In this document: positions 1-11,047 of the stretch, piece by piece | How the letters are laid out: each line of letters starts with the position of its first letter | How positions within the stretch are numbered: the stretch's first letter is position 1 | Assembly (NCBI GenBank): GCA_964016885.1 | Contig: OZ024754.1 | Span: forward strand, 26,040,001 to 26,104,000 | Source: Eledone cirrhosa | Taxonomy: Eukaryota | Reading direction: 5' to 3' | Length of the DNA: 64,000 nt | Program-made: the position numbers and the translations under genes | Notes under the pieces: generated by a model | Told to the model about the DNA's origin: nothing | The model's database searches: none | Seen by the model: the letters and a program-made list of their open reading frames with translations, nothing else

Positions 1-663
1 TAGAAGACCAAGACTAAACAGAAAGAATGAATGGAATAACAACAACACCCAAACAAACAACACTGACCTAAGAGAAGTATAAATAAGTAAATAAAATAAA
101 ATAAATAAATAAATAAATAAATAAATACATACACAAGCACAATAACAACAAGCACATAAACACACACTAGTCACCCATCACACATCAAACAAAATACTAC
201 ACACACACGCAAACGCATGCGCAAAGAAGACAAAATAAAATAAACAAACAAGCAAATAAATAAATAAATAAATGGCGTAGACATACAATGCAACGGGAGG
301 AAACGATAGCACCACTAACGATGTTGCAGATGTACAACGAAAGATTTATGATAAACTATATATATGTGTTTATGTCTATATTGTATCTGTATTATTTTTG
401 ACCGTCGGTCAGTCAATGGCAACATTGAGGACCGAGTAAGTTAGATTACCGATATAAAAGACACAGAAGCGAGAAGCGGAAACCAACCAAACAGTGAGTG
501 TGTTCTGTTATTAATTCTGGCAATATTACACAAATATGACCCTCCCCAAGTATAACAATATATATATATATATATATTCATATATATGGGATAACAATTT
601 ATCGTTTTAGATAATCCAGTTAGAGGTTATGAATACTCTGTACTATGGATAGTGTTAACGTAC

Positions 664-770
664 GTATTCTGATGATTTCATCAGAGACACACATTCTATT
701 TAAGGCCGAGTGACGCAATTTTGATCAGCGGCCTTTAGACTCACCTGATCAATGAAACAATTGTTAATAC
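664..770 (+). ncRNA. Type I hammerhead ribozyme motif with long stem II insert
   Basis: Stem I GTATT/AATAC. Core CTGATGA at 669-675. Stem II base TTTCATCAG/CTGATCAAT (2 mismatches) encloses ~60 nt. GAAA 754-757, palindromic stem III CAATTG, GUU cleavage triplet. AATAAA follows. Confidence 0.65.
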
Positions 771-894
771 TGTAAATAAAACCCTTTTTATACAGCCGAC
801 CGTGTTATTCTTCACTGTTTCATTATATTCACATATTTATATATATATATACATATATATATATACACATATATATATACATATATATATATAT

Positions 895-3515
895 CATCAT
901 CATCATCATCATTTTACGTCCACTTTTCCCTGTTTGCAAGGGTTGGACGGGTCCTATTCAGCACAGAATCTCTCCATTTGTCACGGTAACTTTGTCATCT
1001 CCTCGGTGAGTTTCAGCGATCTGAGGTCTGCTCTCACCACCTCCACCCATGTTTTCCGTGGTCTACCTCTACTGCGTCTTCCTTCTACTGGGATTTCTTG
1101 GCACTTCTTTACCCATCGGTCATCCTCCATGCGCATCACATGTCCATACCATCTCAGCCTTCTCCTGCACACACTCTACCATGCAGCATCGTGCATCTCC
1201 CACAGGCATCATATAGAATTGTGTGCATTTTATAGAATTTATGCCAGTTCCTTTTCTGCATATCGAACATGGCCATTTCCCTGACGGAATCAGAGTTTTG
1301 TCCTCTTTTCTACTCATCAACATTTTTGTCTTAGCTAGGTTCACTCTCAGTCCTCTTGCTTCCAACTGCTGTTTCCATAACCAGAATTTATTCTCTAGCT
1401 CCTCTACTGATTCTGCTATAAGAACCAGATCGTCAGCATAGAGAAGTTCCCATGGACAGTCTTAAACTCCACTGTTATGGCTTGGAGGACTATAATGAAC
1501 AAGAGTGGGCTGAGGACCGAACCCTGATGTACTCCTACTTGTATCTGGAATTCCTCACTAAACTCCATTCCTACCCTCACTTTACTGACAGTACCTCTGT
1601 ACAAAGTTTGCACTGTCCTCACAAGCCATTCCTCAACACCCAGTTTCCTTAGGGACCACTAGATGACAGATCAGGGTACCCTATCAAAGGCCTTCTCTAG
1701 GTCAACAAAGGCTAAGTATAGTGGCTTGTTCTTCTCTAAGAACCTCTCTTGTAAATGTCTCACCAAGAAGAGGGCATCTGTTGTACTTTTCCCAGGCACA
1801 AAACCAAACTGCATCTCATCTAGTTTGACCCTTTCTCTAATTAGTTGTGATAATATCCTTTCTGCCACTTTCCTAACCTGATCCATCAGTTTTATACCGC
1901 TATAATTGTTCCTCTTCAGAGCATTCCCTTTACTTTTGTAGCAATTTATGAGAATACTTTGGGTATGACACCACCATATATAGCCTGATTGATGATGCGT
2001 GCAACCAGTTTAGTGCCTACGTCCCCTGATGCCTTCAGCATCTCAGCAACTATCCCCGACGGTCCAGCAGCCTTACCATTTTTCATTTCCTTAATCGCCT
2101 CTTGGACCCTATATTCGTCAATCTCAATAGCTGGTCCCTCTGTCGGATCTACTGAGGGTAATTTCTCTCTCTCCCATTCATTCTTCACATATATCAGTCT
2201 CTCATAATGACATTTCCAAGCCTCCTTTCTCTGATCATTCGTGACACTAAGTACACCGGCATCATTCCAGACACATTTATCTCCAACAACATCCTGATTT
2301 GCATTGACACACTGCCTTGTAATGTGGAACACCGCACGCCTCTGATCTTCCCGTCGCAGAATATTGGCAAACCTCCTACTCTCAGCCTCCCTGCGTGCTA
2401 AGTACACCTGATGTCTAGCTTCTCTCTTAGCAGCTGTATATCTTTCTCTACTCCCACCCTTTTTCCAAGCCTTCCATGCTAGTCTTTTGTCTCTAATGGC
2501 CTTATCTACTGTGCTGTTCCACCACCAGGTCACTCTCTGTCTGGTTGGAGCTCTGCTCCAGCCACAAGTTTCATCAGTAGTCTGCAGTAAGTTGTCACAT
2601 AAGAAATTCCAGTTATTATCTATGTCATACGTCTCTAAATCGTCTTCTTTTTCGTCACACACATCTTCAAGGGCTTTCCTAAATTTGTATTTTAGTGAAA
2701 GGTCTTTTAGCTTCCAGACCTTTCTTCTCCACACCTTCCCGTATGTCTCATTCCATCTCTTGCTTACTGAGATATCACTAACGACTAACCTATGCTGTGG
2801 GGTACATTCTTCCCCAGGGTATGCCTTGGTATTTGACACCATCTGCCTGTCCCACTGCCTAACTAGTAAGAAGTCAATCTGGCTTATGTGCTTGCCTGAT
2901 TTGTAGGTTATTAGGTGGTTGGCAGGTTTCTGGAAGATAGTGGTGCAAATAGTCAGTGTACTTGCATCACAAAATTCAAGAAGTCTCACTCTTCTTCATT
3001 TCTTGAGCTGTAACCGAGCCCACCATGTACCCCAGTGTAACCATCCTGGAGCTGTCCAACATGACCAGTGAAGTCCCCTGTTAGCATACCGATGTCTCCG
3101 TCCTCTGTCATTGCAGTTGTTTGTAAAATTTGCTCGTAAAAGCAGTCTTTCTCTTCTCTGCCTAGGCCTGCTTGGGGAGCATAGGCAGAGAAGATTGTCA
3201 GTAGTCTCCTGCCTACAACTAATCTAAGCTTATTATTCGATTACTAATTCGAACTACCTCTATTTTCTTATTGATCCATCTCTCAACCAGGAAAATGCCT
3301 ACTCCCCCTAACCCATCATCCTTACCTACCCAGAAAAGCTTATAGCTAAGATGTTTGCCTGCGACTAATCCTGCAGAGGCACCTCTCCATCTCACATCTT
3401 GCCAGCAGCACACATCCACATGTCTTCTCTCCAGCATCTCTGCTATTTCAGCAGATCTAGCTGTGAGAGTGCCAACATTAAGTGTTGTAACTCTGAGAAG
3501 CAACGTCTTCATATT
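895..3515 (-). mobile_element. Decayed RTE-clade LINE (APE endonuclease + RT) with (GAT)n tail
   Basis: Frameshifted ORF pieces: RVTTLNVGTL...DVCCWQDVRW (APE), QIDFLL, QFGFVPGKSTTDA, FVDLEKAFDRVP, GVHQGSVLSPLLF, RRLRWYGHVMR...RGRPRKTW. The 3' end abuts (CAT)n on the + strand. Confidence 0.9.
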
Positions 3516-3597
3516 TTTGTTGTTCCTATATACTTGTTGCTGTGCTTATAATCGTTTTGGCATTGATACATATATATATATATATATATATACATAC

Positions 3598-3983
3598 CAG
3601 GGGCAAAGGGTGCGTGCATGCAACGCATGCAGTGCATGCGTTATAGAATCTTGAGTTGATCAAATGCATCGGTTGAAGCAAGCAGAATTTTGGCTGCTTA
3701 CTAAAATGTATAGACACAAAAAAAGATAACACACACACACATTCACACAAACACATACATACAAACGCTTTGGGGCAAGCAGAATTTTGACTGCTTACTA
3801 AATCGTAGACACATAAAAAGATAACACAGACACACACACACACACTAGATAACACTACATGCAGCTTTGACCAGGAGGGTCATTTAGAGGGAATTGGGGG
3901 GAGGGGGTAAGGGTGCACAGCCCCACTTTCCGCCATGGCGATTGGACTGCATGCCCTGCTTTCCAGGTTACCCTTCGCCACTG
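3598..3983. mobile_element. Non-autonomous hAT-type DNA transposon (MITE)
   Basis: Imperfect TIRs CAGGGGCAAAGGGT / ACCCTTCGCCACTG; perfect 8-bp TSD ATACATAC on both sides. Confidence 0.8.
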
Positions 3984-4420
3984 ATACATACATGTATATA
4001 TATATACATACATATATATACATATACATGTATATATATATACATACATATACATACACATGTATGTATATATATATACATACATATACATACATATGTA
4101 TATATACATACATATACATACATATGTATATATATATACATACATATACATACATATGTATATATACATACATACATATACATACATATGTATATATACA
4201 TACATATACATACATATGTATATATATATACATACATATACATACATATGTATATATATATACATACATATACATACATATGTATATATATATACATATA
4301 CATACATATGTATATATATATACATACATATACATACATATGTATATATATATACATACATATACATACATATGTATATATACATACATATACATACATA
4401 TATATATATATATATATACA
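3984..4420. repeat. Compound TA/TACA microsatellite with ~28-32 bp higher-order unit
   Basis: Repeats of TACATACATATACATACATATGTATATATA; source of the spurious YI/HT ORFs. Confidence 0.9.
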
Positions 4421-5726
4421 ATGCCCCATCAAAAGAAAACAATATTTCCCAGTTTTTGTCATGAAAAAAACCTATTTATATTACAGGATTACCTTCCCTT
4501 GGCTGCCAGTGAAGAAAACCCAGAAAATAACATCGGCGTAGAATGGCAACCTAATTTCATGTTACTTATCTTCACATATATGTGTGTATGTGTGTACATA
4601 TACATGTGAGTGTGTGAGTGTGTGTGTGTATATATATATATATGCATATATATATCATCATCATCATCATCAACATTTAACATCTATTTTCCATGCTTGC
4701 ATGAGTCAGATGGGTTGCCACATTCCGTTATGACACACACACACACACACACATATATACATATATATATATATATATATATGTGTGTGTTCCTATTTCA
4801 ATCAATATCTTCCAACATAATTTTATATAAGAGTCATAAGTTACTATATTAGTAATCAAATAATTAATAATTTTAGTAAATTAATTAATTAATATGAATA
4901 GAGCCTGTTTCATTTGAAATATGATCACAAAACGGTAAAAATAACAAATGAAATATTTATTGAATACAACCTTCCTTTGCACACTTCTATACTTTTTCTT
5001 CTTTTACTGGATTCAGTCATTAGACTGCCACCATTCTAGGGCATTGTCTTGAAGGAATTTTTAGTCAATTATATTGATCCCAGTACCTATTTCTTTTTTC
5101 TCAAATTTTGTACGTAATTTTATTGATTTCTTTTTTATCGATCCGCTAGGTTACGAAATATAATCACAGAAACACACACACACACATATATATATACACG
5201 GTTCAAGAGTAAACCAATCTTAAAGGGAGAGATGGATATAGGCAAGGAGAAGAGAGATTGGTGAATTTGTTAGAAGCCAAAAGCGTAAAGGCATGTACTC
5301 AATGTGCAATAAGCGACCCAACATAATCATATAATCTCAACTTTACATATAGCTAACATGTTAAATATTTAACAAAGACTTGGATAATTATAAGTTACCT
5401 CCCGTACACTATCTCTCACTTAAACTCATTAGCATTTCTTAGCTATAAATCACCTAAATTACTAAATCCTCAAGGAGTTAATTCCCTTGAACACTGTCTC
5501 TAATTAGTAAGGTAAATATCCTTAGGCGGCCATCTTGTTATGCATAGGCAGACATCGCTTAATATAGCCTCGACAGATGAATAATGCTTGCCTATAACAG
5601 AAATTAAATAGATCCAAAACACTGTCGTGAAATACCAATATATAGAACATTACATTCATGTAACCTTCTTTCTTTACTTTACTTTATATTTCTTATTCCA
5701 TAGTATATTTATAAATATTTTCATTA

Positions 5727-5858
5727 TCCTTTGAAGTTCTGAAGAGCCGCTCCATTTTTTACCTAAGTTACTTATCTTCATCTGAACCAGATCCATAATG
5801 ATCTATAATCAATTGATCCAGAAACATTATATAGAGTAGCGAAACAATTGTAAACGGA
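5727..5858 (+). ncRNA. Type I hammerhead ribozyme motif with ~80-nt stem II insert
   Basis: Stem I GTT/AAC (extends TCC/GGA past a bulge). CTGAAGA 5739-5745. Stem II GCCGCTC/GAGTAGC. GAAA 5841-5844, CAATTG, GUA triplet. Confidence 0.7.
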
Positions 5859-5998
5859 CATTATTATTATCATTATTAACATTCCTTACATTAAACTATA
5901 ATTACACCCCTTATTCCTCACATATACTGAAACTATGTTAACTGTCTTTAAATAATGTCTTCCTTGTGAAATTTGTGGTCTTGTCTTTGCTTAACTAA

Positions 5999-6036
<38 letters not shown>

Positions 6037-6155
6037 CAAAGAGTTATTTAATTTGATGGTTATACAACAAATTTATTCATAATTCTTTATTTATAATTCT
6101 TCTGGTGTATAATATCAATAATATTGATAAATGGAAACTATCTTTATAAAACCAC

Positions 6156-6219
6156 ATTTTATTATATATATTTCAAGGGTAGGTACCAACATTTTTGGTG
6201 CGCACTCATCAGATAAAAT
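6156..6219 (-). ncRNA. Type I hammerhead ribozyme motif (tandem copy A)
   Basis: Minus strand: ATTTTAT CTGATGA gtgcgcaccaa...ttggtacctaccctt GAAA TATATA TA ATAAAAT. Stem II base is imperfect. Confidence 0.65.
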
Positions 6220-6379
6220 ACCAAAGTTGTTTTATAGATAGTGACATATCCAAAAACAAGAACTTTGAAACAGAACTTAAAACGATAAGTTCTTGTTTTG
6301 GGATATGTCATTGTATATATATATATATATATATACAATGATATTAATTAAATGGAAACTATATTTATAAAACCATATT

Positions 6380-6441
6380 TATTCTATTATATATATTTCA
6401 AGGGTACCAAAAATGTTGGTACGCTATCATCAGATAAAATA
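6380..6441 (-). ncRNA. Type I hammerhead ribozyme motif (tandem copy B)
   Basis: Minus strand: TATTTTAT CTGATGA tAGCGTACCAA cattt TTGGTACCCTt GAAA TATATA TA ATAGAATA. Confidence 0.75.
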
Positions 6442-7940
6442 CAAAATGTTTTATAAATATTTGACTTGACCAAGGATAATATACCTTAACGGTTCAAGTT
6501 ATCCCTGGAAAGTGAAGGGAAAAGAAAAGTCAGATATTTAAAATTATTAATATGATTATGCAAATGATGTTTATATTAAAGGGCTGAAAAAACGTTATTT
6601 TAGACGCTATGGACAATTTAAATAATTATGGTAAGGAAGGAAGAGAAAGAGAAAGGAATAGCGTTAATTTGGGGGGTTGGGAATTTGTTACCTATATTAT
6701 TAATTATAATATTGTATATAAATTATATGAAGAATTATGGTTGTAAGTATTTTTATCTTATTACATTAGGATAGGTTATATGTATATATCTATATATATA
6801 TATTAATAAGTTGCGTATGTATTGATTGTTTATATAACAAATATGAGTTACGAAGAATGTTGAAATTTTATTTTCAAGTTGTGAGATTAGAATAATTTGT
6901 GGGTTAAAAAATGTTCAACATTGAGAATGTTTTCAGAATATTGTTAATTTAACGAAGATATATAAATTATCAAACAAAAATTGTTAAAGAAGAAGGAAAA
7001 GGAAGACCACTTAAACATTAATTTGGGGGAAATATATTCAGACATTTCTCTATATTTATATGGAGAATTATTTATCTTATTATAATAATATATAAATATC
7101 TATATATATGAATGTATATATAGTGTATTTTGCAATACACTGTATGCTTAATTAAAAGTATTTCGAAGACCTTATGTTATTGTTTTAGAGTAGTGACAGT
7201 CTCACTTACTTTAAATTTTCAGCAAACAGGGGGAGATAAAGCTGACAGAGCTATGTTTCGTACTGATTGGTACTTATCAAAGCCAAGTACCCCACCTGTT
7301 TGCTGAAAATCATGAATGTTTGATTCTATATATATATTTTAATAATAGCATATGTATTTTTTTATTAAAAGGATAGTTTGTTTATAATATGAGTTACGGG
7401 GGATGTTGATTTATAAATAAATAAATAGGTGGTTGTTCATAATATAAGTTACTAGGGATGTTGATTTTATGTAAATAAATAGGTAGTTACAATTGATAAG
7501 GTTTAAATTAAATTAACAGAGTTATGTATAAAAAGTTTTTAGGATTGAAAAAAGGAAAGAAAACTCCGATTTTTTTTATTAATCGCTAGTGTGGGATTAA
7601 TTATTTATTCTAAAGAAATATGAATATTTAAACATCATCTTGAATAGGATACATTTTGCAAAAAACAGTTAATGGTTAAACGGAAAAAATGAAACGAAAT
7701 TTCATTTCCCACTCTTAGTATGGCTGTCACTTAAATATAAGTATGCACACGCACATACATACATGTATACAGACGTACAGTAGTATGTATATATATATAC
7801 ATACATGCACACATATACATGTACGTATGGATTCACCGAACATTTATCACAATGCCCGGTATGTTTGTAAACAAACATCCCGTATTAAGCCGTAGTGTCC
7901 AGCAACCATCGTTGCTCGTTTGTTCAACACTGACAAAGGA

Positions 7941-7983
7941 ACGCTGTACTAGTTTCAAGCTTATTAGCTATCGTCAGCAACGT
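7941..7983 (-). ncRNA. Minimal type I hammerhead in a ~340-bp repeat (7685-8025) related to the 16-kb palindrome
   Basis: Minus strand: ACGTTG CTGACGA tAGC taataa GCTt GAAA CTAG TA CAGCGT. Stem I extends via TGTTCAAC/GTTGAACA. Confidence 0.8.
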
Positions 7984-8297
7984 ATACCCTCCTGCCAGAT
8001 TGTTGAACATATATACTTACCTTAGTTAATGGTTATTAATATACATTTAAAAATTAGCTTTAGAGGGTGTCATTAGAAAAATAAAGAATTAAGGAAAATA
8101 TATATTTGATATATATTTATCTTTATCGAGCCCTCTTTGGATTTTAGTCTTCAAATTTATTATTGTTACTATATATATATATATATATATATGTGTGTAT
8201 ATATATATATGTATGTATGTATGTATATATATATGTGTGTATATATATATATATGTGTATGTATATATATATATGAGTATGTATATATATATATGAG

Positions 8298-8343
<46 letters not shown>

Positions 8344-8395
8344 CTCATATATATATATATACATACTCATATATATATATATATATATATATGAG

Positions 8396-8442
<47 letters not shown>

Positions 8443-8472
8443 AGAACAAAAGATGGTTAAAAGAGTTCCATG

Positions 8473-8543
8473 TATTTTATTATGCGCATTTCAAAAACAA
8501 GTATCATCATGCAATAATATCTGTGTTTTCATCAGATAAAATA
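8473..8543 (-). ncRNA. Type I hammerhead ribozyme motif (direct repeat copy A)
   Basis: Minus strand: TATTTTAT CTGATGA AAACA...TGTTTTT GAAA TGCGCA TA ATAAAATA. Confidence 0.8.
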
Positions 8544-8906
8544 GGAAGACATGATATGAAGGTTAAAAAACACATATGAAAAGTAGTTTTAGATTGATGT
8601 GTGATTTTGGGAAAAATATTATTTTTTTAAGGGGGGGGGTGAAAAAGAAGAGGAGATGAGAGTAAAAAGTGGAGAGGGAGGAGTATAATGAGGAAGGATG
8701 AGATAGGAGGAGAGATGAGTGCATTGCTTTATTGTACTACAATAAAACTCACCTCCTACATATATATATATATATGTAGGAGGTGAGTTTTATTGTAGTA
8801 CAATAAAGTAAAGCAATGTAGATATCGGATAAGAAGCACTCTACAGTTTGTAGGACTGGAGTATACATAATATATAAGATCAAAAGATGGTTAAATGAGT
8901 TCCATG

Positions 8907-8975
8907 TATTTTATTATGCGCATTTCAAAAACAAATATCATCATGCAATAACATTTGTTTTCATCAGATAAAATA
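8907..8975 (-). ncRNA. Type I hammerhead ribozyme motif (direct repeat copy B)
   Basis: Minus strand: TATTTTAT CTGATGA AAACAAAT...ATTTGTTTTT GAAA TGCGCA TA ATAAAATA. Confidence 0.8.
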
Positions 8976-9126
8976 AGACATGATATGAAGGTTAAAAAAC
9001 ACTTGTGGATAGTGCAGTTTTAAATCAACATATGAAAAGTAGTTTTAGATTGATGTGTGATATTGGGGGGAAAACATTTCTGAGGGGGGAGGGGGGGATT
9101 GCAAACTTGACTGTCACCACATATTA

Positions 9127-9165
9127 TGAACCTGAAGATTGCGAAAGCATGAAAGTACTTGTTCA
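9127..9165 (+). ncRNA. Minimal (39-nt) type I hammerhead ribozyme motif
   Basis: TGAAC CTGAAGA tTGC GAAA GCAt GAAA GTAC TT GTTCA; GNRA-capped stem II, palindromic AAGTACTT, CUU triplet. Confidence 0.7.
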
Positions 9166-9335
9166 ATTAACACTTGGAATTTAATATTCTATCATACTAT
9201 TTCATTATAATACCATTATAAATTTTAAAGGATTGTAAATAAAACGAGTAAATCAGACAAAGTTGGAATTCCTCTTATTAATATAATCTTCTATACACAA
9301 TCATACACACCCGTGTATATTTATCTATCTATATA

Positions 9336-9368
<33 letters not shown>

Positions 9369-9430
9369 GCACATACACATACATACACATACATACATAC
9401 TCACATACACATATATACATACACATACGT

Positions 9431-9471
<41 letters not shown>

Positions 9472-9744
9472 CATATATAACTCAATATATATATATATAT
9501 ATATGAGAAAGAACATAAATATTATAAAATAAATATTGTATATATAAAAATAAAAATAAAAATAAAAATGAAAATAAAAAGTTGGGAATACGACAATTAA
9601 TAAATAAAAAAAATATATATTTAGAAAAGGGTATAAATGCTTATAGCAGATATTTTTCCTTTCCTTCTTCCTTCTCCAGCCTCACTTTCATATAGATTGC
9701 ATTTTTGTTTTTAAAATCCAAAGTCAATAAATACGCCAGGATTT

Positions 9745-9805
9745 TTTCATTCTGATGATTGAAAGCAATATTTTTTTGCTTTTAAGAAACCACTGGTAAA
9801 TGAAA
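9745..9805 (+). ncRNA. Type I hammerhead ribozyme motif
   Basis: TTTCATT CTGATGA TTGAAAGCAA...TTGCTTTTAA GAAA CC act GG TA AATGAAA; 7-bp stem I, 10-bp stem II, GUA triplet. Confidence 0.85.
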
Positions 9806-9910
9806 TAATTGCCTTATGTTGTTTATTACATAACTATTAAGCTCTGTTACCTACATAGAGCACTCTTTTTTCCTGGACTTTTTCGACGGAATTACTTCAT
9901 TTACACACAC

Positions 9911-9939
<29 letters not shown>

Positions 9940-9942
<3 letters not shown>

Positions 9943-10675
9943 AACGGAATATTATGTGTGTTTGTAACGATAAGTGGATGGATGGATGTAACTGTTGGTA
10001 TGGTGGTTTCGATGTAAAGAAAAATACCAGGATTGTGTTGTTACAAAGTTTATTTTATTATAACAATATTCAATTTAAATATTCAATGATAAAATCAATA
10101 ACACAAAATATTCATACAATAATTTGGTAGCTCTTCGAGCCACGTAAATTCAAGTATCACAGAATACGATTATAATATAATGTGTACTGTATCAGAAAGG
10201 TACAGTATGTGTAAACAGAAATGAATGGTGCGTGTACAAATGCTGAACTCACTATGAATGCGTGTGTGCGTCTCAGTATATTTTACTTGTTTGTATTGCA
10301 GGAGTCAGCGATCAGCCAGGAAGGTGAGAATAAGTGGCAGACTGGTTTTTCGTGACGAGAGCTTGTAAATGCGACTTGTCTTGTCTGTATATCACTTCTT
10401 TTCTGTCGGGGCGTGAACAACCCCTGTATTTATAAGAGTTGAAGTTAGAAGGATAGATATATCCTCTGAACTTTGGTTAGTCTCTCCCAAGGGATTAGTT
10501 TGCCAAGCGTAAACAAGTCAGAAAGGTGGATATATCCTCTGACCTATTTTCTGTCAGGCGTAAACACCTCTGACCTGTGTTTAGCCTCTCCCAAGGGGTT
10601 AGTCTCTTGAGCGTAAACAAGTTACCACGGCTTGTCCCAGAGGCGGGAAAGCTCAGATTCGGTTTCGAATCTTCG
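9940..10675 (-). repeat. 3' LTR of Gypsy element
   Basis: Near-identical to 15002-15680; carries an extra 53-bp subrepeat (10567-10619) and lacks the last ~10 bp of the terminal repeat. Confidence 0.9.
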
Positions 10676-11047
10676 ACCCTTTCCAGTGAGAAAGCTAAGA
10701 TTGAACGATCTAGGTGCATGTGAAATGAAGATAGGTATGATTAGGTGTGTTGTTGAAGAAAATCAGTAAAAATAAAAAACACATGAAAGTCATTTACAAA
10801 CAGGAGAAATGAAAGAAAACATGCAAAGCAAAAGAAATTTACATGCAGGAAAATGTACTGTGATGTTACATAAAATTGAAAATGTTCGTACGAAAAGTTT
10901 GTTGATTAAAAGTTCGTTCATTTCATAGAAACGGAAAAATGTTTTTTTGTCTGTTCTTTTGATGTGGGTGATGCACAGAGTTAATTGATTTGTGTGTAGC
11001 AATAGTTCATGACCACAGAAATTGGCCGATTCGTTGAAATATACAAA

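Noticed and set aside
367-557. Possible solo LTR (TGTT...TATAACA with TATAAAAG)
   Set aside because: Single copy in the window and no clear TSD; cannot be supported.
3855-4609. Long YI/HT/CV-rich ORFs (also near 8.1, 15.9, 16.7, 20.4 and 33.3 kb)
   Set aside because: Translations of TA/CA microsatellites.
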